In this document: positions 38,998 through 52,399 of the stretch, piece after piece
Layout of the letters: each line of letters starts with the position of its first letter
How positions within the stretch are numbered: the first letter of the stretch is position 1
Source: Basidiobolus meristosporus CBS 931.73
Taxonomy: Eukaryota; Fungi; Basidiobolomycota
Assembly (NCBI GenBank): GCA_002104905.1
Contig: MCFE01000029.1
Location: forward strand, 1 to 64,000
DNA: 64,000 bases
Direction: 5' to 3'
Notes under the pieces: model-generated
The model's database searches: none
Seen by the model: only the letters and a program-made list of their open reading frames with translations
Told to the model about the DNA's origin: nothing
Made by a program: the position numbers and the translations under genes

Positions 38998-41017
38998 TGT
39001 TGTAAGAGTCTTGGAGATACTGAAAGTGATTGAGAGATCAAGTAGATTATGTGGTTTTCACTTAATCCTTTGTTGAATGCAAAGTAGTATTAAACTTTTG
39101 CATGGTCTTGGAGTAGCAAACTTATAGAATAGACTTGTTCTATTGGATAGTGCCACATTGAGCCATGAGTGCAAAATGATACCATAGTGTGCCAGAGAGG
39201 TCAAGTGAGCCTATAATTGGCCACAGAGTGTCAAGCATAGCTCTGCATCTACATGTAAAGCAGCCCCTGTGTTTCACTCATTGCGCAGGAGAAAATCCAT
39301 TTTTTGACCTTTTTTTGTGGATCAATGTAGCCCAGGATGTGTAAGTGCACTGGAGAACTGAAGATATGCATCTGGTACTCAATACCCATGGCACTCTGAA
39401 TCTAGCTCCTGTAGCTTGTATCATGTCACAAAAATGAATGGCACTATCTTGGTCCACTGGTACTATCTGGCACTATAAGTGCTTTGTATAGATCTTACTT
39501 TAGGGTTAATATTTAAATATAGTGCCAGATAGTACCAGTGGACCAAGATAGTGCCATTCATTTTTGTGACATGATACAAGCTACAGGAGCTAGATTCAGA
39601 GTGCCATGGGTATTGAGTACCAGATGCATATCTTCAATCTGCTTGTGCTCTAACACATCCTGCGCAACATTGATCCAAAAAAAAAGGTCAAAAAATGGAT
39701 TTTCTCCAACACAATGGGTGAAACAAAGGGGCTGCTTTGCATGAAGATGCGGAGCTATGTTTCACACTCTGTGGCCAGGTAGAGGCTCAATTGGCCTCTC
39801 TGGCACACTATGGCATCATTTGGCACTCATGGCTCAATGTGGCACTATCCAACGGAACAAGTCTAATATCTTTAGGAAGGTCCCAAGAACATGTGTGCAA
39901 AGCTTAGGGCAGTACAAACAACTTCAAAAATTTTCATATTCTGAGTACCTGGTATTTTGTTGAGAATTTTTAAGTAAATCTCAACAAGGGATTTGGTCAG
40001 TATTCCCTAGGATTTGAATGTAATGATCTAGGTGACTAAGTTAGGTGAATATTAAGGTGGAATTACAAATTTTCACAACACTCCCACTCAACTAAATGTT
40101 CATACTGACTAGTCCTAACACTGATACAAGATATTCAAGCTTGTCTCTAGCTAATTGTTTGGTAAATATATCTGCAATCATTTCATCTGTAAGACAGTAA
40201 GCTAAGCTGACTAAGTTATTCTCTGTGGATTCATGTATGAAATGATGTCTAATATCTATGTGCTTAGTCAAGCATGAAGAGTTGGATTTCTTCCTAATTG
40301 TATACATGCTTGATTATCTTTAAATAAAGTGAAAGGCATTTTTTGACATTGATCTAAATCTGTAGGAAGCTTTGTTAACCACATTGCTTCTTTTGTAGCT
40401 TCACAGAATGTTGTATACTCTGCCTCAGTGGAGGAAATTGCTACAGTTGGTTGCTTTCTTGAATTCCATAGAATTGCCCCTTGTTGGTAAAGAAAGGTGT
40501 GTACTGTGGTGGATTTTCTGTCTTCCAAATTTTGCCATTAATCAGCATCAGAGTATCCCACAAGATCCTGCTCTAAATCCTTATAAGTGTATCTTAAGCA
40601 GATATTAGCGTTCCTTTCAGATATCTAAAATATGCTTAACAGCTGCAATATGATCAGATCCACAGTTCTGATAATGCAGGCTGACAACTTCCACTGAATA
40701 CAAGATATCTGGATGTGATCCAAGCTTGATTTACATCAGACTGCCAATCATAGACTGATAAGGAAAGTCTGGGCTTTCTGATGGCACCAAGCTCTCTTGA
40801 TTTGGTTGAGTTTTGACCAAGTTAAGGTTTGTCTCCATTGGGGTTGCTGCTGGTTTACAGTCCTCCTTTTGATACTACTTTAGTATATCTAGAATATACT
40901 TGGATTGGCTAAGGGTGATAGTATGGGTACTTGTGTTTACAGGGTACTTTATCTCTAAGTAGTAACTGAGTTCTCCCAGATTGGACATCTTGAACTCTTT
41001 GGATAGGCTGGATTTAG
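38998..41017 (-). mobile_element. Further inverted Copia fragment (3' LTR 38998-40080 carrying a MITE, then RNase H and RT), cut by a CACTA element at 41018
   Basis: Reverse LTR TGTTGTAAGAG...TCACAACA, PPT at 40081, and RNase H remnants (KHIDIRHHFI, ADIFTKQL, RKQPTVAISSTEAEY). Confidence 0.87.
39131..39864. mobile_element. Fold-back MITE, copy 1 (TIR AGACTTGTTC.., TSD AAT)
   Basis: AAT|AGACTTGTTC ... GAACAAGTCT|AAT. Removing the element and one TSD restores the LTR sequence. Long inverted arms surround a short spacer. Confidence 0.9.
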
Positions 41018-44000
41018 CCTATGAAAAATAATTTGGTCCTGTGGGTGGATCCAATCTGGATCAGCCATCACAATCCCTTCTGGAGACTGTCATCACACCA
41101 GCAACTTGGAATTACTGACCCTCTTTACAATCTTATGATGGGATCATAACAGTGCTTTGCTGATTTTACTGCCAAATAAAGTTATAAAACTTGACAGGGT
41201 TTGATTGGTGCTGTGGCAATAATTGCATGGCATTGTTGCAGTCTTAATGCCCTCTACAACTATTTTAAATGGATCTAACTGGTCAGGACATCCAATTACT
41301 TAATATGGCAAAAACCTTGACAGTATTTCATTGGCCTCACTGCAAGACTCTGATGGTATTATTACTGCAGTATGGTGGCCTACAGCTAGTTCTATATAAT
41401 GCTACCATACCAATTTACCAAATAGTACTTGTTTTATCTACCTCCCCTTGTGCAAATCATATAATCCACTGTAGAATCACCCATCTTTATTTGCTTACTC
41501 ACTACTACCTGGGGTATTCCACATATAGTTTGAATCAAGAAACTATGACCTCCTGCTTACTAACCTATACAAATGTGCATACCTGCCACAATTGACATAC
41601 TTCTATCACCTCAACTGTAGAGCTTTTCAGTGTGAAACTTGCAAAGTTGCCATATATCTTGTATTGCTGGTAACATATACATCTTGCAAACATATGCTGG
41701 GTTGCCACCACTTCTGCCATGAATACCTCCTGAATATCAGCAAAGAACTTCTTGGTATTTAGCCAATATATTCCTTCTCCCTGCTGGATTTTAGTCCCCC
41801 TTATAGGTGCACTCTGGCTCTTGTTTGTGTGAATTCTGTATTGAATGGTATAGATGTTGGCTTGTGACCAAGAGAAATCCAGCATACTATGGTAGAGATT
41901 TCCTAATAAAACTTAGTTGCTTGTTGCACCCAACCCAACTTTGCATTACTTAGCTGATTGCCCACGCATTGGGGCTGCTTAGCCTCTTAATGCCATAGGC
42001 ATAGGTGTCTCCATGTGCACATTTGTCCTTGGTCTGATAAAAATCAGTTGCGTGTTGCACCCAACCCAACTTGGCATTACTTAACTGATCACCCACACAT
42101 TTGGGCTGCTTAGCTTCTTAATGCCATAAACATATGTGTCTTCATGTGCATGTCTGTCCTGAATATTTTCCAGCTCTTCCTGGCTGTCCTCCACATGCCA
42201 ACTCATCACATCCAAGATGGACTTGAAGGTAATATTCTTGATGAGATTGGGATATGGTAGTACCTGCAACTTGACTTCTCTTCCTATTTCCCCCACACCT
42301 GCTCCATAGGAAACTCCCAAAAGGTGAAGCAAGGTCCAATATTCCCCACACACCAAGCAAGATGGAGTAGAAAATGGATACAGTAGCAGCAGAGATCAAC
42401 ATGCTCAGGTTTATGCTTGTAGCATAGCCGCTCAAGTCCCGTTACAAACTCCTTGCATAACAGCTGTAGATGTGTCAAGTTGGCATTGGTGATCTGCTTC
42501 TGGTTAGTATTCCTACAATATCCACATATGACTCACAGTGCTTCCAATGTACTCTTGGTAGGAATGGTGTCAGAATGTCACTTGAATAAATATATATCCA
42601 GTTCATCCGGTCTTTGCATTTGTATTGTTGCATATGCATATGAATATTGATTGGAGCCTGTGAAAAGTACTTAGGGTAGTGGATATTCTGTAATATCTTG
42701 CCAGTTTTTTCAAATTTCTTTGGTAAGTCACAGGGCTCTTTTAGCTTCAAATGCCCCATGTACAACTTGGTCATCAGTATAGGGATATTGTTAAAAGCAA
42801 ATGCATTGCTACAAGTGGAAAGGGTTTGCCCCAACAGATACCCTCTATCTTGAGTATCTCCAGTTTTCAATTGATTCCATATTCCAACCAATGGCTTATA
42901 GCTTGCCAACTTTGCTGCAATTGCATGCTGACTTCTGTATGTTCTCTCTGTGGGAAGATGATGTTCTTAGTGTTAGTGTTTGGGTAATAATAATGTGTGT
43001 GAGTTATGGAATAAATCCTCTAGATCTCACACAGTTGACAGCAATACTGTCCATTATGCCCAGAAAAACCTGCTATAATGCTGATGGCTGGGGTATCTCC
43101 AATGTAGAAAATAATATGCACTTTTACATGACAGCCATTGACTGAAATCCTGCTGGAAAGCATACAAAATTGATCCAGCAATGGATAAAAGTAGCTTTCC
43201 AGGTTGGACAGTGATTTAGGCCCAGATACCAGTGAGACTAGTATTGGATTTTTGCTCTGATACCATAAGAGGGGAGGCAGATTCAAATTGCAAAGAAACA
43301 GTGGCCAGCAGGATTTGCTGGTAGATTACTTGTTTAATGAGAATCCATCAGGTGCTAAGGCAAAGGCATGGTCATACATACCTTCAAAGTAACCATTGCT
43401 TCTTAGCTCTTTGTAATGTTTGCCATCCAATACATTGGATATGCTTGCACTAGACTGATACTGAGTGTAGTACTTGATTGCTTTCCAATATCTGTTAGAC
43501 TGCATTAACTTCTTTAGACAGGATGTTACTGGAATATATCCAGTGTGTGAACAATCTTTTCCCTCAATGGTGGTGAATTCCTGACAGTTTAGACACATTG
43601 CAATGGTAGCATTTTTGCATGGGAATGCCATGCAACTCTTAAAGCATGCTGGAATCAGGACAGTCTCTGGGTCATATGTTGCCAGCCACATGATGGCTGT
43701 CTGCTTGTACCATGTATATGGTAAGTTGCATGATGGAATGATTTTGGCAAGAAGTAGTAATAAATCCTCAAAGCCCCCATTACCAATATTAGTGGAAATG
43801 AGTAACTTCTCTAGCCACAACATTGCATCATTCATTAGTAGTAGATTACTGGGCTCACTTGGCCCCATAGAGTATTCTTGACAATTATTTCAATGGGTAT
43901 TGTCTCTTTGCATATTAGGATTTGACCAGGCTCATATGTGGTACTATTGTTAGGGGAGATAGGCTCACAATCCGTCAATGAGCCTTCTTTATCAGAGCTA

Positions 44001-44843
44001 TCACTCTGCACACCATATCCAGAAGGCTGAGGTGAGCCTAAAGGTGTCACAAACTCACCTGACACAGTTTGCACAAGGTGACAAAGATGGCCAGGTGCTG
44101 AAATAGAAGTATCAAGTGGCCAGCAACATAATGTTGGTACAGTAGAGATTGACTAATGGTCAAACATGACTTGTGTTGCAAAACACTGGCTGTGATCCTT
44201 GTAGTACTTCCTATGCTGTCTACATGCTTCATGGCAGAGATGCTTGCTACAATAGCCACATGGTCTTTTTTCTTTTATCTTACACCATTGTATCATAGTA
44301 ATCTTGTCCATGGGGCAAACAGTTTGACAATCACCAATGTGATGGTAACATATCACTTTTTTGTTAATACTCATGGGAATTTAAGACAGTCTTGTATCTG
44401 AGACATTGCATCTACAAGAACATAAGATGCAATGATGGCCTGCTATAGTAAGCTTTATAAATAAAGTTGTGGCACCACATACACACCTATAAGCAAGACT
44501 ATCTTCCATTTGGTTTGACTTACTTACTTATATATACTGCCAAAAGATAAGGCAAAGTTGCCTGGTTCCCTACCAAAGCCCACCACTGACGGCAGCAGAA
44601 GTACAGTTGGACAGCAGCTTGCTTTAACATTCAGTGCAACAAGCAGGGCTACAACCATAAAAGGCCCAGCAGACAGTGTGCCAGCAGAAGGGAATAATGT
44701 AGACTCCTCAGGCTCTCACTCAAGTAGGCAATTGGGAATCTCTGCATAGCTACAAGCTTACCATACTGCTGAGGCAGAAGAGAATGTAGCAAAAGCAATA
44801 CCCTTAGGTGAAGACCAGCAGGTAGCTGTCATAATATTACCAC
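41018..44843 (-). mobile_element. Decayed CACTA/En-Spm DNA transposon (Transposase_21/Tnp2)
   Basis: VLDGKHY..FALAPDGF, NLPPLL..LVSGPK..YFYPLLDQF, GDTPA..GFSGHNGQYCCQLC and HFLLHL..NIGPCFTFWEFP are all CACTA transposase motifs. Many stops. An internal duplication of about 130 bp lies near 41920-42160. Confidence 0.85.
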
Positions 44844-47800
44844 TGTTACAAGTCTTTGTATAAGAGTTATAGAGGAATATGGAGTTTAGATAGTATTGTA
44901 TTCACTAAAACTTGAACTGATCTTTATTGAGATTCCAGCAGCTCCTTATATACATTTTGCCAGATCAGTTGCTGACTAATTGTATTTCCTAATGTAGGCT
45001 GTGGCTGATGACTCATTTGATTGCATTATCATCACCTAATAAGATCCTACCTAATATATCTATTTCTGTCTGATAAGGATCTGCTGATTCATTTGCTGGT
45101 TAATGCTACTGATTTGATAGATAATACTGATATACTGATAACCTAAACATATAACTAATTGATTTGACTAAAAGCTGATCTAACTTAAACATTCAAGCGG
45201 CAGATTACAATGTTCTCCCCTGCAAAAGTTGAGAGGGTTCTCCTGAATCTCTTTTCTTATGATACCAATATCTTGATGGTTCAGTATTATCAGCAAGTCT
45301 TGCAAGCTTGAGTCTGTCCCTATGCACTAAGTCTTCCCAGATATTGCCTTGTTTGTCCTCTAGTTGATAAGTTGCAAATGGACATTCTCTGATGATCTTG
45401 AATGGTCCTGTCCATTGTGGCGCATACATCTTCCAAGTGTTGTTTCTTAGCAATACAAAGTCCCCAACTGTCAATGCTTCTGGTGCTATAGTCTTTTCAA
45501 ATCTCTGTTTCATCTTTTCTGCACTTTGAGATACTTTGGTGTGTGCCTCTTGATGTCTTTGTTCCAGTTGCTGGTGTCTACTTGACTGACTGAGTTCATT
45601 TTCTAAGGTGTCTGTCAGCTTTGGTTGTGTGAGATCTCCTGGAATCCTTGGTTCACATCTATACACCAAGTAAAATGGTAAATGCTGGGTGGTGTTGTGT
45701 ACTCTGACTCTGCATGCAAAGAGTGCTTCGTCTATATACTCATCCCATCTACTGACAACTCCATTTGCATACTTGGTCAGCATTTTTCCAAATAATTCAC
45801 TGAACTGTTCAGTGACTCCATTAGCTTTGGGGTAATATGCCAAGATTTTCAAGTGTTTGATTTGCTGCATTTCCAGGTAAGCTTCCAATGTCTTCGCCAT
45901 AAAGTTTGCACCTCTATTGGATAGAATCTCTACAGGGCATTCAAACTTTATAAAGATCGCATGGTAGATGAAACTTGCAACTTCATGTGCACTTGCCATA
46001 GGTACAGATTTAGCCACTGGCCATTTAGTGGCATGGTCAATTGCTACTAGGATCCAATGGCTGTATTTCCTGGTAGTTGGCAGTCTTTCAATAAAGTCAA
46101 TTCCCAATCTTTCAAATGGTCTTACAGGCTCCAAGGGAAAAAGTTCAGCAATTCCCTGTGGTTGGCCTTGGTTGATTTGGCAATTTGAGCATGTTTTCAC
46201 CAGCTTCACAATGTCATGTTTCATTCTGGGCCACCATGCTCTGGCTTTCACAAGGCTATAGGTTCCTTCAATTCCAAGATATCCATATCCATTGTGTAGC
46301 TTATGTATTAAATCCTGGTAAGAAACATAAGGGCAATAGGCAAAGGGCTTCCATCAACAATTTGGTAGAGTTTTTCATCCTGTACTACAAATTTGCTGGC
46401 TTCATCCTGGATTATCTTCTTGATATCTTCATCCACATCATTAGTAATGGCTTGGCCCTCCAAGTACTTTGATAATAGGCTAGGCCAATCTGATTCATGT
46501 GCCAAGTTGAGTTGTGCAACTTGATCTAATCTGGATAAGGCATCAGCAACTGTGTTATTTTTTGCAGGGCAATACACTATCTCTAAATCAAATTGCTGAA
46601 TGTATTCACTCCATCTTGCCATTCTTCTAGAGAGTACCTTCTGAGTAAATATATACTTGAGGGAGGCATGATCAGTCTTTACAGTGCATTTGACTCCTTC
46701 AGTATAGCATCTCCATGTCTTCAAACAGTGTATTATAGCAAGCATCTCCTTCTCATGCACTGGATAGTTTTGGTCTGCTGAGCTCAGTTTCTTGGATTTG
46801 AAGGCAACTGGGTAGCTCTTTCCCTTGTGCTTTTGGCTCAACACTCCACCAATTGCATAATCTGAAGCATCTGTGCAAATAGTAAACTCTTTTCTGAAGT
46901 CAGGTATTCTTAAGCTTGGCAGCTTAGCAAGTTCATTCTTGAGCATCTGGAAGGCAGTTTCACAAGCTATGTCCTACTTGTAGGTATTGTCTTTCTTGAG
47001 GATATCAGTTAAAGGGGCTGCAATACTTGCAAAGGACTTGACAAATCTCCAACAATAGGAAACCATTCCAAGGAATGATCTGAGCTCTGATATGCTATGG
47101 GGCTGCTTCAGATTCTTGATAACTTCAACCTTCTTAGGGTCTACTGTTACTCCTGTGCTGGTCACTATGTGTCCCAGATATTCAACATGTTCCTTGAAGA
47201 ATTCACACTTGGGTAGCTTGCCATAATGATTGCTCTCTCTTAGCTTCTTCAATACCTTTTCAATGTGCACCAAGTGATCATCTTCTGTCTTGCTGTATAT
47301 CAATATATCATCTAGGTAGATTATGACAAACTTATCTATGTACTCCTGGAAGACAGTCTGCATCAGGGTCACAAATGTTGCAGGGGCAATGGTGAGACCA
47401 AAACTCATGACTAAGTACTTGTAATGTCTATTTATGGTTCTGAATGCTGTCTTAGGGATGTCTTCTGGCTTCACCCTTATCTGGTTGTATCCTGACGTCA
47501 GGTCAATCTTGCTGAAAATAGTGGCTCCATTGAGTTAGTTCAAGAGCTCATCAATCCAAGGTATGGGGTACTTATTCTTCACTGTAACTGAGTTGAGGGC
47601 TCTGTAGTCAATGCACATCCTAAGTGTTCCATCCTTCTTCTTCACAAAAAGTACTGGTGCTCCCCAAGGTGACTTGCTGGGTCTGATATATCCTTGCTCC
47701 AGTAACTGATCTATTTGTCTCTTCATCTCTTCCAACTCCAATGGACTCATTCTGTAAGGTATCTTACTCACTGGAGGGCTATCTCCTGTTTCAATGGTAT

Positions 47801-49781
47801 GATCCACATCTCTGACTGGTGGTAGACTTACAAGCTCTTCTGGAAATACATCTGAATACTCCATCAAAAGAGTCTGGACCTTCTGGGGTACTGGAGTAGA
47901 GGAATCCTCCTGTAATACTGCCATGAGGAACATCTGGGTGCCTTTTCTTAGTGCTCTACAGAACTGTGTCTTGCTAAGTTCACTTGCTTCACACACACTT
48001 GAATTGACCAAGTTAAAATCCAGTCTGGCAGGAAATAGCTCATAGGTCTTGTTGTCCTTCTGGATCTGAGTAGCATGGGTTCTCCAGTTGATTGATGGAT
48101 TACAACAAAATAGCCAGCTTTTCCCAAGTATGATGTCAAACTTACAGTTCCCAAATATATAGGCCTGTAGATCTTCTTCATAGTCATTGATCTTCATCCT
48201 TACTGGCTGAGTAATATGGTTGATGATGTGAGAGTTCCCATCAGCTGTTGAGACTGAAGTTGATATGGTGGGTTCCAAGTTGATTCCAGCTTTCAAAGCA
48301 AATTGCTCTGACATGTACTAATGTGATGCTCCTGAGTCAATCATGATCTTGGCAGGTACTGCCTTGATTACTCCATTCAAGTATAATAGCTTTCCTAAGT
48401 TTGAGGTCATCTGGGATAGGTATTCTTCTGTCATATGGAAGGTGAGCTCTGAGTCTTCTTCAAGTTCATCCTCCATGTTACTATGCTACATGGCCTCAAT
48501 ATAGTTAAAGGTTCTTGATGGCTGGTGTCCATTTCTTCTCTGAGGGCAGTAATTTGCAATATGTCCCTGCTGGTTGCAATTGAAGCAAAGTCCTTTCTTC
48601 TTACATTCTTCTGAGGTAGGATTCTTCTGCATAGCATCTATTTCCATTGGCACTGCTTCTGATTGTCTTCTTTCATAGTGATTGTAGCCTTTCTGATTAG
48701 TCATTGTGGGCTTCCCAACTCCAAACATAGCTGAGTCATAGTCAATGTCAATCTTGATGGCTTCTTCAGTAGTCTGAGGTCTTCAATAATTCACTTCTTT
48801 TTGAGTGTCTTCTTTCAACCCATCAATAATGTATTCAACATGATCCAGAGGGTCCATTCTTTCAATTTGCCCAGGTAGACATCTATATTCATAGATGTAC
48901 TCTTTGACCATTCCTTTCTGTCTGAGTGTCTTCAACTTTCTTCTGATTAGTGTCTTTTGGTGTAGGGGCTCAAAGGCATCCTGAATTTCCAACACAAACT
49001 CATTCCAGGTAGAGATTGTAGAGCATCCCATCATGGTGGCTGACTTGATCTTGTTGCGGTATCACTGCAAAGCTGCATCTGCCAGGTAAGAGGCTAAATA
49101 TTGTAACTTGCTTTCTGAAGCAATTCCCTTAGCCTTGAAAGCTTCTTCAAGCTGGAAGAGTCAAGTTCCCAGGTTTTCATTGACTCTACCATGTTACCAG
49201 TTGACCTTCACACTAAAGTTGCTCTTGGCAGGGTTATGCTGGCTTTGGGCCATGGTAGTCATTCCTTGTTGCTGCTGGCTAAGGATCTGGAGTAACTATT
49301 GCTGCTGGGCTAGGATTTGTTGCATAGCATTCTTCCATTCTTGATTTTTGGACATCTTGAGGGAGGCTTGTTCTTTCTTCAGGAGGGATGTTTCTGGTTA
49401 TTGCTGCTACCAATGTTACAAGTCTTTGTATAAGATTTGTAGAGGAATAGGGAGTTTAGCTAGTAGTATATTCACTAAAACTTGAACTGATCTTTACTGA
49501 GATTCCAGCAGCTCCTTATATTCATTTTGCTAGATCAATTGCTGACTAATTGTATTTCCTAATGTAGGCTGTGCCTGATGGCTCATTTGATTGCATCATC
49601 ATCATCCAATAAGATCCTACCAAAAATATCTATTTCTGTCTGATAAGGATCTGCCAATTTATTTGCTGACTAATGCTACTGATTTGATAGATAATACTGA
49701 TATACTGATAACCTAACATATAACTACTTGATTTGACTAAAAACTGATCCAACTTAAACATTCATGTGGCAGATCACAACA
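44844..49781 (-). mobile_element. Pseudogenised Ty3/Gypsy LTR retrotransposon (5' LTR 49414-49781, 3' LTR about 44844-45212)
   Basis: PBS TGGTAGCAG (49404-49412 on the minus strand). Gag has PMEIDA and the CFNCNQQGHIANYC knuckle. Then protease IDSGASH, RT ([24 protein letters not shown]), RNase H (TDASDYAIGGVL) and integrase with GPF. A purine tract precedes the 3' LTR. Confidence 0.95.
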
Positions 49782-51494
49782 TTATTTCCATTGAAACTTC
49801 AGTTGTACCTCAATTGCCAATTGTATTGACCTATACAAGTCCCTATGACCTACACTAACATTAAGCCCAACACCACACTCAACAAGTAACTCCATTAAAA
49901 TCCACCACTCAAAAAGTATTCTTGCTGTGATGCCCTGGTTCTACAACTTTGGTGAGAACCCACTGACTTTATGCCACTGTTCATTCACTGGTTCCCACTT
50001 GTCCTGCTCTTCAGCTGGCACTGCAAGGTCTAGCTCCTCATCTGCCAGTCTTGGTAATAAGTCCTTGAAATATTCAAGTGCATTTTCTTGTGCACTATTC
50101 TGGAAGAAGTGCCACAACCTTTTGGTGTGCCTGTTCAAGTTCCAAAATTCATCTGAAGGCATTGTGACAGTCTTTCAAGTTCTTGACATTGTAGACTTGT
50201 GTGTCAGTGGGATCTCCACTCTATCAACAATGGACAATTTGGAGGCTGTGGTAGACAAATTGTCTTTTTCCGCAAACTCATCTACCTCACTGGAGTGTAG
50301 CTCAACTGCCTGTGCTTCCAACTCTTGTGAACACTGCAGTATCTTGTTGGTAATTCTTCTTGGCTATAAGGGATTCAGTGTGCTCCAGGCTTGAGGCATT
50401 AAATGGCAAGAACTGCAGTTTTTTTTTGCTTGCCTCCCTGTCCCAGGCATGGGTGAACATTTGTCCCTTTACTTTTTCCTTTATCACTGCCAGGTCTTTC
50501 ACTGCTACTTGTCTGAGTGCTTCTTGCAAAGAATTATGTTTTCTCCCTGATAAATTCTGCTCTGCTGCATCTGCTGCATCTGCTTTGGCCTGCTTGTTTC
50601 TTGCTAGCACTCTTCTGGCAACCTGACGTCTCTTTTCCACTTGTTTCAAGCTCTCAACCATGGTTGTGATGGGCTCCTGTAAAAGCCACTAATATTTATC
50701 ACTGCAAGGTCCTTCACTGCCACTTTGACTGAGTGCTCCTTGAGTGGTACTACACTTTTTCCTTGATAAGTGTTGTGCTGATGCATCTCTGTCTGCCTGC
50801 TTTTCCCTAATTGGCACTCTTCCAGCTACCTGTTGTCTCTTTGACACTTGTCTAGAGCTTTTGGCCCTGCTTGTAACAGGCTCTTGAGGAAGCAGCTGGT
50901 TTTTGGCCATGGCATCCTTGTTCTTCTGCCTTTGATAGTGTCTGCTATTCTTAAGATGCTTTCTTATCAAACCAATGCTGGCCCAAAATCTGTTTGCCCC
51001 TTTAAAATCCAGGATAATGCTCATGGAACAAGTTAAGTGCATTCTTCTTGGCCTTGAGTTCCTGATGGTCCTATGGTATGCCACCCTTAAGGTGATGGAG
51101 TGCTAGACTTCTAATGGCCTCTTGGATATTTGCCCACTCTTCATTATTGCACACAATAGCTTACGCATGCAGAGAGCATACGAAGTATTACAAGGATCAT
51201 GGCCAATGTTTTGCCACACAAGTCATATTTGACCATTCATCAGTCACTACTTTACTAACATCATCTTGCTGACCAGTTGATACTTCTATATTGGCACCTA
51301 GCCATCTTTGTCACTGTTGAAATATTGGGCTATTTGGTATCATTCTGCCGCTAAAAATTTACTTACCAATTCTGAACTAGCCTTGGTCACTGTGGGACTA
51401 ATTTACAGCTCCAACTTTGCCACTATCTTCAAATCTATGTTCATATGAATATTCCCTTATAGTCAGGATCAAATTAGCGCTAGTACTGAACATT
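49782..51494. repeat. Decayed repeat fragments linked to the CACTA-like family
   Basis: Homologous to 58170-58400 and, in reverse complement, to about 60780-61700. No intact ORF was recognised. Confidence 0.55.
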
Positions 51495-52227
51495 AGACTT
51501 GTTTTGTTGGATAGTGCCTCATTGAGCCATGAGGGCCAAATGATGCCATAATGTGCCTGGGAGGCTAAATGAGCCTAAACTTGGCCACAGAGTGTGAAAC
51601 ATAGCTCTTCATCTTCATGCAAAGCAGCCCCTGTGTTTCACCCATTGAGTTGGAGAATATCCATTTTTTGACCTTTTTTTTGGATCAATGTTGTGCATGA
51701 TGTGTAAGAGGACAGAAGGACTGAAGACATGCATCTGGTGCTCAATACCCATGGCACTCTGAATCTAGCTCCTGTAGCGTATATCATGTCACAAAAATGA
51801 ATGGCACTATCTTGGTCCACTGGTACTATCTGGCACTATATTTAAATATTAGCCCTAAAGTAAGACCTATACAAAGCACTTATAGTGCCATATAGTACCA
51901 GTGAACCAAGATAGTGCCATTCATTTTTGTGACATGATATACGCTACAGGCGCTAGATTCAGAGTGCCATGGGTATTGAGTACCAGATGCATGTCTTCAG
52001 TCCTTCTGTCCTCTTACACATCATGCACAACATTGATCCAAAAAAAAAGGCCAAAAAATGGATTTTCTCCAACACAATGGGTGAAACACAGCGGCTGCTT
52101 TGCATGAAGATGCAGAGCTATGTTTCACACTCTGGGGCCAATTTTAGGTCTACTATGCCTCTCTGGCATGCAATGGCACTATTTGGCACTCATGGCTGAA
52201 TGTGGCACTATCCAACGGAACAAGTCT
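51495..52227. mobile_element. Fold-back MITE, copy 2 (TSD ATT), with spacer in opposite orientation to copy 1
   Basis: ATT|AGACTTGTT ... GAACAAGTCT|ATT. Confidence 0.9.
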
Positions 52228-52399
52228 ATTATGTATTAACCCTGAAACTGTTACAGAATGCTCCTGAATATGGAGAAACCCTCCTTACTTAGTGTTACAG
52301 CTATATTGTTTCTACAAAGGTATAAATACTGAGCTTCTTTATTAAGAAACAACAGTTCAACTATTTTCACTATTTCTTGATAAGTTCCTTATATCCAAA

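Noticed and set aside
39131-39864. MITE read as Tc1/mariner with a TA TSD
   Set aside because: The empty-site length in the LTR and the variable middle base (AAT, ATT, AGT) fit a 3-bp ANT duplication.
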